NCBI GenBank assembly: GCA_964549595.1
Contig: CAZJWK010000003.1
Span: 3,242 to 67,241 of the forward strand
Direction: 5' to 3'
Source of the DNA: an uncultured Sphingobacteriales bacterium
Lineage (GTDB): Bacteria; Bacteroidota; Bacteroidia; CAILMK01; CAYYUA01
Length of the DNA: 64,000 bases
Of the stretch, positions 20,544 through 31,451 are shown one piece after another. Below the pieces are notes generated by a model. The model was not told where the DNA came from and made no database searches. It saw only the letters and a list, made by a program, of their open reading frames with translations. The position numbers and the translations under genes were made by a program. Position 1 is the stretch's first letter. Every line of letters begins with the position of its first letter.

Positions 20544-23500
20544 TTATTCTTCATCATCATCTTTTTCGGCTTTTAATTCCCGAACCGCAGGCTCTAAGGC
20601 TTCTTCATAAGGCTTTTTACCGGTCCACAACCAAACTGCGCCATAGCGAAGCCGGTTGATCATAACCAGCATAATGGGTAAGATGATCAAGGTCACCAAC
20701 ATACCCAATAGCATGCCGTAAGCCACGGAAACAGCCATTGGAACCAGGAACTGAGCCTGAAGACTTTGTTCGAGCATAAGGGGCGCCAACCCGCCAATGG
20801 TAGTAAAGGTTGTTAACAATATGGGCCGGAACCGGGCTAAGCCGGCATCATGAACAGCCTGCATAAAGGACTTACCTTCTTTCAGGGTGTTGTTCATGTG
20901 CGTAACCAAAACCACCGAATTATTAATGATAATCCCAGCCAGAGCAATTATTCCATAGGTAGACAAAATGCTTATAGGGATGCCCTGAATAATATGCCCG
21001 AAAGCAACACCCACAAGCCCAAAGGGCAAAATCAGAAAGACAATGGCTGTTTGGAGAAATGACCTGAAAACCACCATTACCACCGCTATCATTAGGATGA
21101 AAATCACTGGCAAAACCTTAGCAGCCGAAGCACCTACTTTTCCGGATTCGCGTGTTTGCCCTTCAAAAGAAACCTTAACCGAAGGATGAGCCGAAAGTAT
21201 AGGCGGTAAAAGCTCATCCTCTATTTTTAGGTTAACATCAGTAGCTGAATATTCAGGGCTTGCCAAATCCGCTTCTACTTTGATTTCACGTTGTCCGTTC
21301 AGGTGATTAATGGCCAGAACCCCTCGCTTGGTCTCAAATTCTGCCAATTGTTTTAGGGGATAAGCGCCTTGGGGCGTTCGTATACGCATATTTTCAAGAT
21401 CTCCAATGAATCTGCGGTTACTGGTATCATACCGAACCCAGACCTTGACTTCATCAAGGCCCCTTTGCAAACGCTGAACTTCCCGGCCAAAAAACCCATT
21501 TCTTATTTGACTCATAACGGTCATCAGATCCAGCCCTAAATTGTGTGCCTTTTCTTTAAGGGTCAGGTTGATTTCCCGTAACCCCTTCTGGTCATTATCC
21601 ACTACATCCTTAACCTTCTCCATATCCTTCAATGCAGATTTTAACTTCTCGGTGGCCATCCTTACTTCTTCCATGTTTTCAGCCTGTAAGGAGATCGAGA
21701 CAGGTTTACCGAAAGGAATATTGGATCCATAGGACAACTTTTCAGCCCCTACAATGGTACCGGCTTTTTCACGGATGAGATTGGTGATTTCATATCCCGG
21801 CATTTCCCGGTATTCACTTTCCAACAATAAAATATTCAGGTTTCCCTTATGAGGTTGGCCACTGATATTGAGCTGGATATCCTTCACGTAAGAGCGATTA
21901 TCGTTGCGTTTTTTGGTTAAGCTGTCATTGACCTTCCAGGCCGTTTGCTGAATATGTTGCAACCATTTCCGGGTAATGTGTTCCCGGGTACCGGATGGCA
22001 TCTCGAGGTTAACCTTGATCTGGTTACGCTCAATATTGGGGAAAAAGGTTGTTTTCAAGAATCCGCCACCTATCAAACCGGCTACGAGGAGTAACAAAGC
22101 AATGGCAACAGAAATAGTGAGGGTTTTATTATAAAGACAACTCCAAAGAAACGGACTGTATATCCTTTCCCGCAGAAACACAAGGGCCTTGTCTGTTTGC
22201 TGGTTGAGCCAATTCTTTTGACGCCCTTTTTTGTGCAAAGCCTTAGAATGAGCCATATGGCTGGGTAAAATAAGCACGCCTTCAATCAGGGAAAACAACA
22301 AAGCAGCATTGACCACAAAAGCCATTTCTACTATAAATTCTCCCAACCGGCCCGCAAGAAAGAAAAAGGTTGAAAAAGCAATAATAGTAGTGATCACCGA
22401 AGCCAGCACAGGTGCCAAAACCTGCAATGTGCCATTAGTGGCAGCAGGCACCGCACTTAACCCCTGTTCATACTTTTGATAAATCTGCTCCCCGAAAACG
22501 ATCCCATCATCCACCAAAATTCCGATTACCAGGATCATCCCGAAAAGAGAAATTACATTGATCGTTATACCGTACCAGGAAGCCAGGATAAACATACCGG
22601 CAAAAGAAAACGGAATGGCCACAGCCACCCAGAAAGCCAAGCGAATGTTTAAAAACAGGGATAGTAGAATTAAAACCAGTCCAAACCCAATCAATCCATT
22701 CTTGGTAAGCAAATCAATCCGGTTGTTCAAGGATTCCGAACGATCTCGTATGACAGTGGCTTCTACGGCTTCATTTTTTTGGTTAAAATTTTTCACATAA
22801 CCCCGGATGTAATCAGTAATAAAAAGAATATCCTGGTAAATGGTATTTTGAACGGTAATGACCACAGCGGGTTCCCCATTAAGGTAAGACCGCTCAGGAT
22901 TGTCTGCCCATCGGTCACGGACCTCCGCCACATCACTTAAACGGACAAGTTGCCCCTCTTGACCGCTTTTAACCACAATGTTCCTGAGGTTTTCCCCATA
23001 ATAGGCTTTAGATCTTGCACGGATCAGCATTTCCTCCTCATCGCCTTTGATGGTCCCCCCTGTTAACTCAAGATTGGCATTTCGAACAGCCTGTCCAACC
23101 TCCTGGAAAGTCAGGTTATAGGCTCTCAAATCCTCCTCCTGAACACTGATCTCAATCTCTTCCTCCGGATACCCCCTGATGGATATTTTAGAAATGCCTT
23201 CTACCGCCCTGAGATCGTCTTCCACGTCACGGGCATAACGTTTTAAAGTTTTCAGCTTCACGTCTCCGCTAAGCGAAAATCGAATGGCTTCGCTCACGTT
23301 TTCTTGTTTAAAAACCTCAATGGATTCCATTCCCGTTGGAAAAACGGCAATCCGATCCACTGCATTCTTCACATCCTGAAGGACCAGGTCAGTGTCGTAT
23401 CCTTTTTTTACCTCTACAGTCACTGAACCGGTATTTTCCCGAGAAACAGAGGTGACACGATCAATACCGGTTAAACCTTCCAGGTTATCCTCAATTTTAA

Positions 23501-23696
23501 GAACTATCCCCTTTTCTATTTCTTCCGGAGAAGCACCCGGATAAGTGGCATTAATCTGGATAATATCGCTTTCTGAATTGGGAAAAAAGGTGGAATTAAG
23601 ATTATTAAGCCCAAAATACCCAAAAATCAGGATCAGGACCAGCAGTAGGTTGGCAACAATCGGGTATTTAATGAAATAACCTATCAGTTGTCGCAT
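20544..23696 (-). CDS. RND efflux transporter permease (AcrB/CzcA superfamily)
   Basis: 1050 aa; 12 TM helices with two large periplasmic loops. Confidence 0.9.
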   Translation of the reverse strand: MRQLIGYFIKYPIVANLLLVLILIFGYFGLNNLNSTFFPNSESDIIQINATYPGASPEEIEKGIVLKIEDNLEGLTGIDRVTSVSRENTGSVTVEVKKGYDTDLVLQDVKNAVDRIAVFPTGMESIEVFKQENVSEAIRFSLSGDVKLKTLKRYARDVEDDLRAVEGISKISIRGYPEEEIEISVQEEDLRAYNLTFQEVGQAVRNANLELTGGTIKGDEEEMLIRARSKAYYGENLRNIVVKSGQEGQLVRLSDVAEVRDRWADNPERSYLNGEPAVVITVQNTIYQDILFITDYIRGYVKNFNQKNEAVEATVIRDRSESLNNRIDLLTKNGLIGFGLVLILLSLFLNIRLAFWVAVAIPFSFAGMFILASWYGITINVISLFGMILVIGILVDDGIVFGEQIYQKYEQGLSAVPAATNGTLQVLAPVLASVITTIIAFSTFFFLAGRLGEFIVEMAFVVNAALLFSLIEGVLILPSHMAHSKALHKKGRQKNWLNQQTDKALVFLRERIYSPFLWSCLYNKTLTISVAIALLLLVAGLIGGGFLKTTFFPNIERNQIKVNLEMPSGTREHITRKWLQHIQQTAWKVNDSLTKKRNDNRSYVKDIQLNISGQPHKGNLNILLLESEYREMPGYEITNLIREKAGTIVGAEKLSYGSNIPFGKPVSISLQAENMEEVRMATEKLKSALKDMEKVKDVVDNDQKGLREINLTLKEKAHNLGLDLMTVMSQIRNGFFGREVQRLQRGLDEVKVWVRYDTSNRRFIGDLENMRIRTPQGAYPLKQLAEFETKRGVLAINHLNGQREIKVEADLASPEYSATDVNLKIEDELLPPILSAHPSVKVSFEGQTRESGKVGASAAKVLPVIFILMIAVVMVVFRSFLQTAIVFLILPFGLVGVAFGHIIQGIPISILSTYGIIALAGIIINNSVVLVTHMNNTLKEGKSFMQAVHDAGLARFRPILLTTFTTIGGLAPLMLEQSLQAQFLVPMAVSVAYGMLLGMLVTLIILPIMLVMINRLRYGAVWLWTGKKPYEEALEPAVRELKAEKDDDEE

Positions 23697-23718
23697 TTTG
23701 GATAATTTTTGGTTTTCA

Positions 23719-24864
23719 TTATAGGTTTTCCGCTTTTACCGGTTTAACCGGCATGCCTACATAAGCTGTGGGTATTGATTCATCCAGTATTTGAGTACCA
23801 TCAGGTAAGCCCTTTACAATCGCCTTATCCTGTGAAGTGTGTACTACCTCAATGGGATGCTTCTTCAATTTGTCGTTTTTAATGATCCATACCTTATCAT
23901 TTTCTTCCACATACTTCCTTAGCACCTCATAGGCATTGGGAACAGAACCGGTGTAAATCTTCCCTTCCAGGTACATGCCTTCTTTCAAGGGCTCCCCACT
24001 GGTTCCGACAAAAACCTGCGCAGACTGGGTCTCGGCATCTATCTTTTCATTTATCCGGACTACTTTCCCTGCCCAACGACCGCTTATATCATCAGACCAC
24101 AATGCCACACTGTCTTTTTTATCCACAAGAGCTAATTCGCGAGCACTTAAAGCCGCTTTCATTTCATAACGCCCCGTAGCGATGTATTCACCAAGTTTTT
24201 GACCAGGCCTGACCAGTGTACCCGGATCAATAAGACTCTCTGTTACAACCCCGTCAAAAGGGGCGCGAATGGTGTATTTAGAAAGCCTTTCTGCCTGGCT
24301 TTGGATCGAATAGTACTGGTTGTAAATGTTACGAGCGGTAACAAAGTACTTAACCTGTTGTTGGTCCACTTTGGGTAAAGGCTCCAACGGTTCATCCACC
24401 TTAAGGTTTTCCAGGTAGTCCTGCCAGCGCTGATGATGCTTCGGATAATCTATTTTAAGGTCGGGAAGCATCTTGGCTATACCATTCATCAGGTTACTTT
24501 TTTGGGACTGTAGGCTAAGCCTCGCCTCCCGGTTATCCATTTGAATCAATACCTCCCCTTCCTCATAAGCGATGCCTTCCTTGAAAGCTTTACTACTTCT
24601 TATAAAACGGCCCTGTACTTCAGCAAAGATCTCGATTCGCTTCTGCCCTTCTAACCGGCCGGTTATTGGAATGAAAGCGGGTACCGTATCATTTTTTACA
24701 AGCCTTATTTTCACGGCTTGTGCTTCTTCTTTCTCTACCTTTTCTTCTTTATCCGTTCCCGAACTCATTAAGAAACGGGTAAGGAATATGGCTCCGATTA
24801 AAATTAAAATGCCAATAATTATACTGATTTGCCTGAATTTCATAGGGTTATTTTGTTTTTCCAC
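23719..24864 (-). CDS. RND efflux periplasmic adaptor subunit (HlyD/MFP family)
   Basis: 381 aa; N-terminal TM anchor, coiled-coil and lipoyl/beta-barrel regions. Confidence 0.8.
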   Translation of the reverse strand: MEKQNNPMKFRQISIIIGILILIGAIFLTRFLMSSGTDKEEKVEKEEAQAVKIRLVKNDTVPAFIPITGRLEGQKRIEIFAEVQGRFIRSSKAFKEGIAYEEGEVLIQMDNREARLSLQSQKSNLMNGIAKMLPDLKIDYPKHHQRWQDYLENLKVDEPLEPLPKVDQQQVKYFVTARNIYNQYYSIQSQAERLSKYTIRAPFDGVVTESLIDPGTLVRPGQKLGEYIATGRYEMKAALSARELALVDKKDSVALWSDDISGRWAGKVVRINEKIDAETQSAQVFVGTSGEPLKEGMYLEGKIYTGSVPNAYEVLRKYVEENDKVWIIKNDKLKKHPIEVVHTSQDKAIVKGLPDGTQILDESIPTAYVGMPVKPVKAENL

Positions 24865-24947
24865 AAGTTAAAAGGCCAAGCATAGCCTTGACTCAACCAA
24901 TTTTTTCGCAATTTGTTTATAGGTCAACCACTGTTCAAACATCTATT

Positions 24948-25439
24948 TTAAGGGTACAGCAATTCAAAAATCTCATTAAGCACTTTTTTACAGGTTTTTA
25001 GGTCTTTTTCATCCAAATGGCTTTCTAACTCCCGGTTCGTTTTTTCCACTATTTTGCGTAGGTCGGCTTGTAGTCCTTGTCCCTGGTTGGTCAGGTAAAC
25101 CGAATTAACCCGCCTGTCGTGTTTATCCGGAGCCCGGTAAACCCACTTTCGTTCCTCCATGTAATCAATAATGCGGGTAATCGAGGTTTTATCCCGGCCC
25201 GTTACTTCAGTAAAGTGCTGTTGCTTCTGCCCACCCTCGTACAAAAGCTTGCTCAAAATGATCCAATGATCAACAGTTAACTCATAACCAGCTTCCAAGA
25301 AATTCCGATTCAGGGTTTGTGCCATTACCCGCGCAGCGCGTCCAACGAGGAAACCCATTGAATTTTCAATACAAAAATCATTATCCATTAGCAAAATAGT
25401 TGCATGTAAAACGGTTGCAAATGTAACTAAATTCCTCAA
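24948..25439 (-). CDS. MarR family transcriptional regulator (likely regulator of the downstream RND operon)
   Basis: 163 aa; winged-HTH MarR signature; directly upstream of MFP-RND-TolC on the same strand. Confidence 0.75.
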   Translation of the reverse strand: MRNLVTFATVLHATILLMDNDFCIENSMGFLVGRAARVMAQTLNRNFLEAGYELTVDHWIILSKLLYEGGQKQQHFTEVTGRDKTSITRIIDYMEERKWVYRAPDKHDRRVNSVYLTNQGQGLQADLRKIVEKTNRELESHLDEKDLKTCKKVLNEIFELLYP

Positions 25440-25661
25440 ATTTTATTGAACCTTTCAAAAAAATCATGAAGCTTTAAAACCATCGATTCACGCTATTTTT
25501 TCCGCAATTCAAAACCCTCAAAAACATTTGGCAAGGACTAACCCTATGGATTAAAAATTGTCAATAACCTTTCCTTTGCATTTCACAAGCATGATTTTCC
25601 TTCAGGGTGTTAACCAATGGTCAATAACCCAAAAGGACTTTCCTTCTAAAGCTAAAATACA

Positions 25662-26333
25662 TTGTGGCTAAGCATCATAATCCCGGTTTTAAACGAAGAA
25701 AAGCCCATTCAAGCATTGCTCGCTTTTTTGAATGCCTACGTACCTGAAACAGAAATTATCGTGGTAGATGGCGGCAGTAAAGACGGCACTCAACAAAAAG
25801 CCCGCGAAAATGGCGTTAGACTAATCACCTTGCAAAGCAGGGGAAGGGCAGTACAGATGAATGAAGGTGCCCGCGAAGCTTCTGGCTACACCTTTTACTT
25901 CCTGCATGCTGATACCTTTCCGCCCAAAGATTTCGTGGCACTCATTCAAAACGCCTTGAAAAAAGGATACCAAGCAGGTGCCTTTCGGCTAAGTTTTAAC
26001 ATAGACCATTGGTTCCTCAATGCCTTTGCCTGGTTCACTCGGTTCAACTTTACCCCTTTTCGCTTCGGGGATCAAAGTTTATTCGTGACCAAAGAAGCCT
26101 TTGAAAGCTCAGGTGGGTTCAACGAAGATTTGGTGATTATGGAAGACCAGGAAATGGCCAGGCGGTTAAAAAGACAGGTGCCTTTTACGGTCATTCAAAA
26201 ACCGGTTACCACATCAGTCCGAAAATATCAAGAGAACGGGATCTTTTACCAACAAGGGCTTTATATTTTGGTTTATTTCCTTTATTACCTGGGTATGAGC
26301 CAAGATAAGCTGAGAAAATGGGTCAATCGATAG
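25662..26333 (+). CDS. Small family-2 glycosyltransferase (TIGR04283-like 'rSAM/selenodomain-associated transferase 2' type)
   Basis: 223 aa; GT-A motifs SIIIPVLNEE, VVDGGSKDGT, DxD-like (EDQ); TTG start. Confidence 0.65.
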   Translation: MWLSIIIPVLNEEKPIQALLAFLNAYVPETEIIVVDGGSKDGTQQKARENGVRLITLQSRGRAVQMNEGAREASGYTFYFLHADTFPPKDFVALIQNALKKGYQAGAFRLSFNIDHWFLNAFAWFTRFNFTPFRFGDQSLFVTKEAFESSGGFNEDLVIMEDQEMARRLKRQVPFTVIQKPVTTSVRKYQENGIFYQQGLYILVYFLYYLGMSQDKLRKWVNR

Positions 26334-26490
26334 GAGAAAGCGCAAAGACTAAGAGTGATGGGTTTATTTTGACATCGATTTAGGCTATGAAACCCCGCGA
26401 TTTAGCGCAATTAAAATTTTAAAGCCATGCCATAAAACTTCACAACGCCTCAAAAATGAAAATCCTGCCAATGCAGGAAGTTTGGTTTAA

Positions 26491-27048
26491 TCATAAATAC
26501 CCTGAATCAATCGTCAAAAGGGATTTCATCTCTGCCTCCAATTCAGGTACCAATCGATCTCGGTTTTCCTCATTTACCGTAAACAGCCGGACATCTTTTC
26601 GCTTTTTGATCCGGCCAATAAAACCCGAGCCTGCCTTTCGGTGGATTACAGCCAGGACCGGCTTTTCCCCATCCAAGGCTTGCTTTAAATACGTTCCGAA
26701 AGTTTCGCTGTAAAGCTCCATAGGCGCTATTTCATCAATCATTAGGTAATCAGCCTCTCGGAAAGCATGCGGGAAACTTTTATGACAAACGGCTTCAATA
26801 TTCTGTATTGATACTTTGTAAGAGCCGACTTTTACGCCATCTTCAAAGTCTTTGTGAGCCAGGATTTCTGATTGCCTATTAGCCAAATCCACTATCCGGA
26901 AACCCTTTCGCCTTCCGTTTTCCCGGATTTCGGGGCAATATAGGCCACCCGCTTTATAACCTTCGGATTGCAACTTTTTAGCGATCCGCTGAACAATGGT
27001 AGTTTTACCAATGCCAGATGAACCGGTAATTAAGGCATTTTTCGGCAT
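26491..27048 (-). CDS. Nucleoside-triphosphatase, THEP1/NTPase_1 family (P-loop)
   Basis: 185 aa; Walker A GSSGIGKTT, Walker B LMIDEI; size and layout of THEP1-like NTPases. Confidence 0.7.
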   Translation of the reverse strand: MPKNALITGSSGIGKTTIVQRIAKKLQSEGYKAGGLYCPEIRENGRRKGFRIVDLANRQSEILAHKDFEDGVKVGSYKVSIQNIEAVCHKSFPHAFREADYLMIDEIAPMELYSETFGTYLKQALDGEKPVLAVIHRKAGSGFIGRIKKRKDVRLFTVNEENRDRLVPELEAEMKSLLTIDSGYL

Positions 27049-27135
27049 TGAGCTCCTTTTTTATGGCAAATTTAAGAGCTTATGCTTTTAAATGGCATCA
27101 ACCCAATTCCATTTCCCTTTTAATCTTCCTTATTT

Positions 27136-28575
27136 TTGACGAAGATTTTAATCCCGTTTATGAAAAGGTTAATTACTTTTTTCAGCCATAAACCTTTTAA
27201 AAAGCTTTTCTTGTTAGCCATTTTTATTTTGATTGCAGGGCTCTTATTTATTGTGGGCTGGTTTTATTCCTACCGGTATGAGAAGATCATAAGCCTGGAA
27301 AAAACACCCCTTATGAAAAGGCAATCCATTGAAGGCTATACGGGTCAGTACCATTACCAGGGGCATGATACTGTTCGGTTTTTCCTCAGATCCACTACGC
27401 CGGATGGCAAAGGTTTTTTGCGGCGTATCACCAAACCTTACCGTTATGATACCTTAGCAACGTATTCCATTGGCAAAATTTCACAGCCCATTAATAATGC
27501 TCAGGCTAACAAAGGATGTGCGTGGAAAAGCTCCCTTAAACTTCCGATTAATGACACCTTCAAAAGTGGCTTCTACAACCTTCATCTGTCTAATAAAAAA
27601 GGGGTTTCCAATATCAGTTTCCTGGTCAATAAGCCAAAACCAAACCCTGAAGTGGCCATTTTAGTACCGGTAACGACCTGGGTGGCCTACAACCAATGGG
27701 GAGGGAAATCCCTGTACAAGAATGGGATAGATTCCTCCAAAGTTTATGAAGTCTCAGCAGACCGCCCTAACACGGCATTAAATTATACAGGAAAGAGGCG
27801 TTTACACAGCATACCTATACAGGCAAACATTTATCACTGGTTTGACAAAAGATTCCGGACCACTATTTTGCCGGATTATAGCCTTGAAAAACTCCCAAAA
27901 GTACTTAAAGAAGCGGATATTATTGTTTTGGCCTATCACTGCGAGTATTTTTCCAAATCCATGTATGACAATCTGGAACAATTGGTCTACCGGAACAAGA
28001 GCTCCCTCATCTCGCTGGGGGGAAATCAAATTTACTGGAAAGTGCGCTGGCATGATAACTATAGCCGCCTGGAATGCCACAAGGATTTAACCTGCTTCAA
28101 AAATAGCTGGTCCATAGGTGGGATGTGGCGCCATAACCTAAGGCCGGAGGCCGGATTCCTGGGTGTGCAATTCACCCCTTCAGGGATGGGAACCTACGCC
28201 CCTTATAAAGTACTAAAACCCGGTCATTGGTTGTATAAAGGTATCGACACCAAAAAGGGTGATTTGTTTGGTCGGAAAGGCATTAACCAATACCCGATTT
28301 GCGGGGATGAAACAGACAAAACCACTTTTTTTAGTCAGCAAAATGTCGTTACACTGGCTAAAGGATTGAATCCCGTTGAAGCCCCTGAAAAAGCGATTTA
28401 TCAAGAAGATAAGGGCTGGCAGGGAAAAGGCGGGGGTGAAATGGTATTCAAACCCATTAATGAGCAAGCAGGGATCGTGGCAACAGGCTCTATTCAAAGC
28501 GGATCAGGATTAGGTAGGGATAGTGTTTTTACGGCCATGATCAGAAATTTCACAAAACGTTACACCTCAAAATAA
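27136..28575 (+). CDS. Membrane-anchored protein with DUF6605 / N,N-dimethylformamidase-beta-like C-terminal domain
   Basis: 479 aa; N-terminal TM helix; motifs AILVPVTTWVAYNQWGG and ADIIVLAYHCEYFS resemble the DUF6605/class-I GATase-like fold; assignment tentative. Confidence 0.45.
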   Translation: MTKILIPFMKRLITFFSHKPFKKLFLLAIFILIAGLLFIVGWFYSYRYEKIISLEKTPLMKRQSIEGYTGQYHYQGHDTVRFFLRSTTPDGKGFLRRITKPYRYDTLATYSIGKISQPINNAQANKGCAWKSSLKLPINDTFKSGFYNLHLSNKKGVSNISFLVNKPKPNPEVAILVPVTTWVAYNQWGGKSLYKNGIDSSKVYEVSADRPNTALNYTGKRRLHSIPIQANIYHWFDKRFRTTILPDYSLEKLPKVLKEADIIVLAYHCEYFSKSMYDNLEQLVYRNKSSLISLGGNQIYWKVRWHDNYSRLECHKDLTCFKNSWSIGGMWRHNLRPEAGFLGVQFTPSGMGTYAPYKVLKPGHWLYKGIDTKKGDLFGRKGINQYPICGDETDKTTFFSQQNVVTLAKGLNPVEAPEKAIYQEDKGWQGKGGGEMVFKPINEQAGIVATGSIQSGSGLGRDSVFTAMIRNFTKRYTSK

Positions 28576-28673
28576 AGCATTCCTGAAAGGATTTCTGCCA
28601 TTAAGATTCCATTAATCCGCTGTTTTAATTAAGAAAATATTTGTAGAAATTTGCCAAAAAACCAAACCATTCC

Positions 28674-31088
28674 ATGAAGATATCCTACCATTGGCTTAGC
28701 CAATACATAGACCACCAACTGGATGCAGCATCCATAGCATCATTGCTTACCAACACAGGCCTGGAAGTGGAGGAGCATTTTTCTTACACCAACCTGCCTC
28801 CTCATTTGGATGGTCTCCTCATTGGTCAAGTGACCCGTGTGGAACAACACCCCAAAGCGGATAAACTTAAGGTTACCCGGGTTGATCTCAACCAGGAAGC
28901 CGAACGCCAGATCATTTGCGGAGCCCCTAACGTAGCCGAAGGTCAAAAGGTGGTAGTAGCCCCTGTGGGCACAACCATCCGGAACACCCGGGGAGAAACC
29001 ATGAAGGTCAAAAAAACCAAAATACGGGATGTGGAATCCCAAGGGATGATCGTTTCAGAAAATGAAATTGGTCTTGGGGATGATCAAAGCGGCATAATGG
29101 TCATGAATGAAGAAGCAAGGGTTGGTCAGCCTTTTTTATCCCAATTCCCTTACTATGAAGACCAAGTCTTTGAAATCGGATTGACACCCAACCGGAGTGA
29201 TGCCGCTTCGCATATCGGGGTAGCACGGGATTTGTCCGCTTGCCTGGATAAACCCATTCATTACCCGGATCTAAATGCTTTTCAGGTGGACCAATCCGGT
29301 GAACCGGTAGCCATTCACATACAGGATGAAAACAAATGTCCCCGTTACTCCGGCCTGGTAATCGATAATGTACAAGTAGAGGAATCACCGGATTGGCTAA
29401 AAAATAAACTCAAAGCGGTTGGTTTAAATCCGGTAAACAACGTTGTGGACATTACCAACTTTGTCATGCAGGAATGGGGACAGCCGCTTCATGCTTTCGA
29501 CTTTGAACAAATCCAGGGTAAAGAGGTGATCATCCAAACCGCACCTAAAGGGCAGTCTTTCACAACATTGGATGGAGAAAACCGAACCCTGGAGGGAACC
29601 GAGCTCATGATATGCGATACCCAAAAACCCATAGCCATGGCCGGGATCATGGGTGGTACCGGTTCAGGAATTAATGACCAAACGACAACGCTATTCCTGG
29701 AAAGTGCTTATTTTGATCCGGTGACCATTCGAAGGGCTTCCAAAAGGCATCAATTGATCACGGATGCCTCATTTCGCTTTGAACGCGGTACCGATCCGTC
29801 CCTAACAGTAGACGGGTTAAAGCGGGCAGCCTTATTAATTCGCGAACTGACAGGCGGAAGGCTTGTATCGGACGTCCTTGATCACTACCCCCACCCGGTT
29901 GAACAAGCCTCTATAAAATTAAATTACCAGTATCTGGACACTTTACTGGGACAAACCCTGCCACGGGAACAAATCCGTAACATTTTAGAGAGGCTGGGCT
30001 TTAGCATTGAAAAAGCAGGGGATCAATACCTTAACATTCAAACGCCTACTTACCGGGTTGATGTTACCAGGCCAGCCGATGTGGCTGAGGAAATCATCCG
30101 TATTTATTCACTGGATGCCATTGAGGTAGGCTCTACATTCAACGCCAACCTGGCTTATGAAAATGACTTAAGCCGGCAGGACTTGCAGGAAAACCTGGCC
30201 AGATACCTAACCAGTAACGGTTTTTTAGAAACCATCCAACCCCCCTTTACAGGAGAAGATGAAGCCCAACAATTCCCGGTTTTAGCGCAAGAAAACACAG
30301 TTCAGCTTGTGAACCCCCTAAGCCAAGAACAGAGCCGGATTCGAAAAAGTACCTTATTGACCGGATTGAAAAGCCTACAGTACAACATCAACCGCGATAA
30401 CCCCCATCTACGCTTGTTTGAATTCGGGCGGGTTTATTGGGAAACAGCCGACCGGATTTACGAAGGAGATCGCTTAAGCTTATTCCTGACGGGTGAATAC
30501 CATAAACCTTCATGGTACCAGGAAAGCCGGGAAATTGATTTTTATTACCTGAAAGCACTGGTCCAGAATATCCTGTACAAAGCTGGTGTTTACGAATGGA
30601 ACATTGGGGAGGATGAGCCGGAGGAATACGCCTATAACCTTACTTACTATGCAAAGGGTCGCTGGTTAGTGGATTTCGGTAGTGTAAAACCCACCCTCCT
30701 GAAAGGCTATGATATCCAACAGGAAGTGCTTTATGCCAATTTCGATTTTGATACCCTTAACAGCCTGAGCAGGACCTTCACAAGCACTTACGAGCCGATT
30801 AGTAAATTCCCGTTTGTAGCGCGGGACCTCTCCATAAAGATCCCTGAACAAGTCCGCTTTCAAAGCATTAAGGACCTGGTAAGCGGCATTGAAACCAAGC
30901 TATTAAAAGAGATCAGGTTGTTCGATTTTTATCAGGGTGAACACATTGAAGCAGGTTACAAATCTTACGCGTTTAGAATGGTATTTCAGGACCGGGAAAA
31001 AACCTTAAAAGACAAAGAGGTGGATAAAATTATGAAGGCTATCATGGATTCCCTTGAAAAGGAATTAGGCGCCACTATCCGGAAATAG
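28674..31088 (+). CDS. pheT: Phenylalanine--tRNA ligase beta subunit
   Basis: 804 aa; N-terminal tRNA-binding domain, B3/B4, B5 and FDX-ACB domains. Confidence 0.9.
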   Translation: MKISYHWLSQYIDHQLDAASIASLLTNTGLEVEEHFSYTNLPPHLDGLLIGQVTRVEQHPKADKLKVTRVDLNQEAERQIICGAPNVAEGQKVVVAPVGTTIRNTRGETMKVKKTKIRDVESQGMIVSENEIGLGDDQSGIMVMNEEARVGQPFLSQFPYYEDQVFEIGLTPNRSDAASHIGVARDLSACLDKPIHYPDLNAFQVDQSGEPVAIHIQDENKCPRYSGLVIDNVQVEESPDWLKNKLKAVGLNPVNNVVDITNFVMQEWGQPLHAFDFEQIQGKEVIIQTAPKGQSFTTLDGENRTLEGTELMICDTQKPIAMAGIMGGTGSGINDQTTTLFLESAYFDPVTIRRASKRHQLITDASFRFERGTDPSLTVDGLKRAALLIRELTGGRLVSDVLDHYPHPVEQASIKLNYQYLDTLLGQTLPREQIRNILERLGFSIEKAGDQYLNIQTPTYRVDVTRPADVAEEIIRIYSLDAIEVGSTFNANLAYENDLSRQDLQENLARYLTSNGFLETIQPPFTGEDEAQQFPVLAQENTVQLVNPLSQEQSRIRKSTLLTGLKSLQYNINRDNPHLRLFEFGRVYWETADRIYEGDRLSLFLTGEYHKPSWYQESREIDFYYLKALVQNILYKAGVYEWNIGEDEPEEYAYNLTYYAKGRWLVDFGSVKPTLLKGYDIQQEVLYANFDFDTLNSLSRTFTSTYEPISKFPFVARDLSIKIPEQVRFQSIKDLVSGIETKLLKEIRLFDFYQGEHIEAGYKSYAFRMVFQDREKTLKDKEVDKIMKAIMDSLEKELGATIRK

Positions 31089-31147
31089 CCTGAACAGGAA
31101 CTAAGCAATTCATCAAATAAGTTAATTTAGGAAACAAGCATTTCGGA

Positions 31148-31438
31148 ATGGATTCAGCGGAACGGTTACAAAATATTTACAAACAAGTTCATGAGTTAAA
31201 GAATTCTGAACGCCGTTTAATGAAGGATAACGAAGCACTAAAAACAGAAAACCAAGGCCTTAAAGCAGAAATAGACGAACTGAAAAACAGGGTTCAGGAA
31301 TTGGAACAGAAAAATATAAATTTGCAAATAGCAAAAGTCATTAGTCATAAAGATGTCAACCATAAGGTCATTAAAACACAAATTGACAAGTATGTGAAGG
31401 ACATTGATCAGTGCCTGGAGTTTTTGAAAATGCGCTGA
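31148..31438 (+). CDS. Small coiled-coil protein upstream of zapA (ZapB-like?)
   Basis: 96 aa, heptad-rich (NEALKTENQGLKAEIDELKNRVQELEQKNINLQ); 13-nt spacer to zapA. Confidence 0.5.
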   Translation: MDSAERLQNIYKQVHELKNSERRLMKDNEALKTENQGLKAEIDELKNRVQELEQKNINLQIAKVISHKDVNHKVIKTQIDKYVKDIDQCLEFLKMR

Positions 31439-31451
31439 AACTTTCTCTTCT

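Noticed and set aside
26456-26713. 85-aa plus-strand ORF overlapping the NTPase gene
   Set aside because: Overlaps the P-loop NTPase coding region on the opposite strand; no signal or start context; the NTPase frame has clear motifs.
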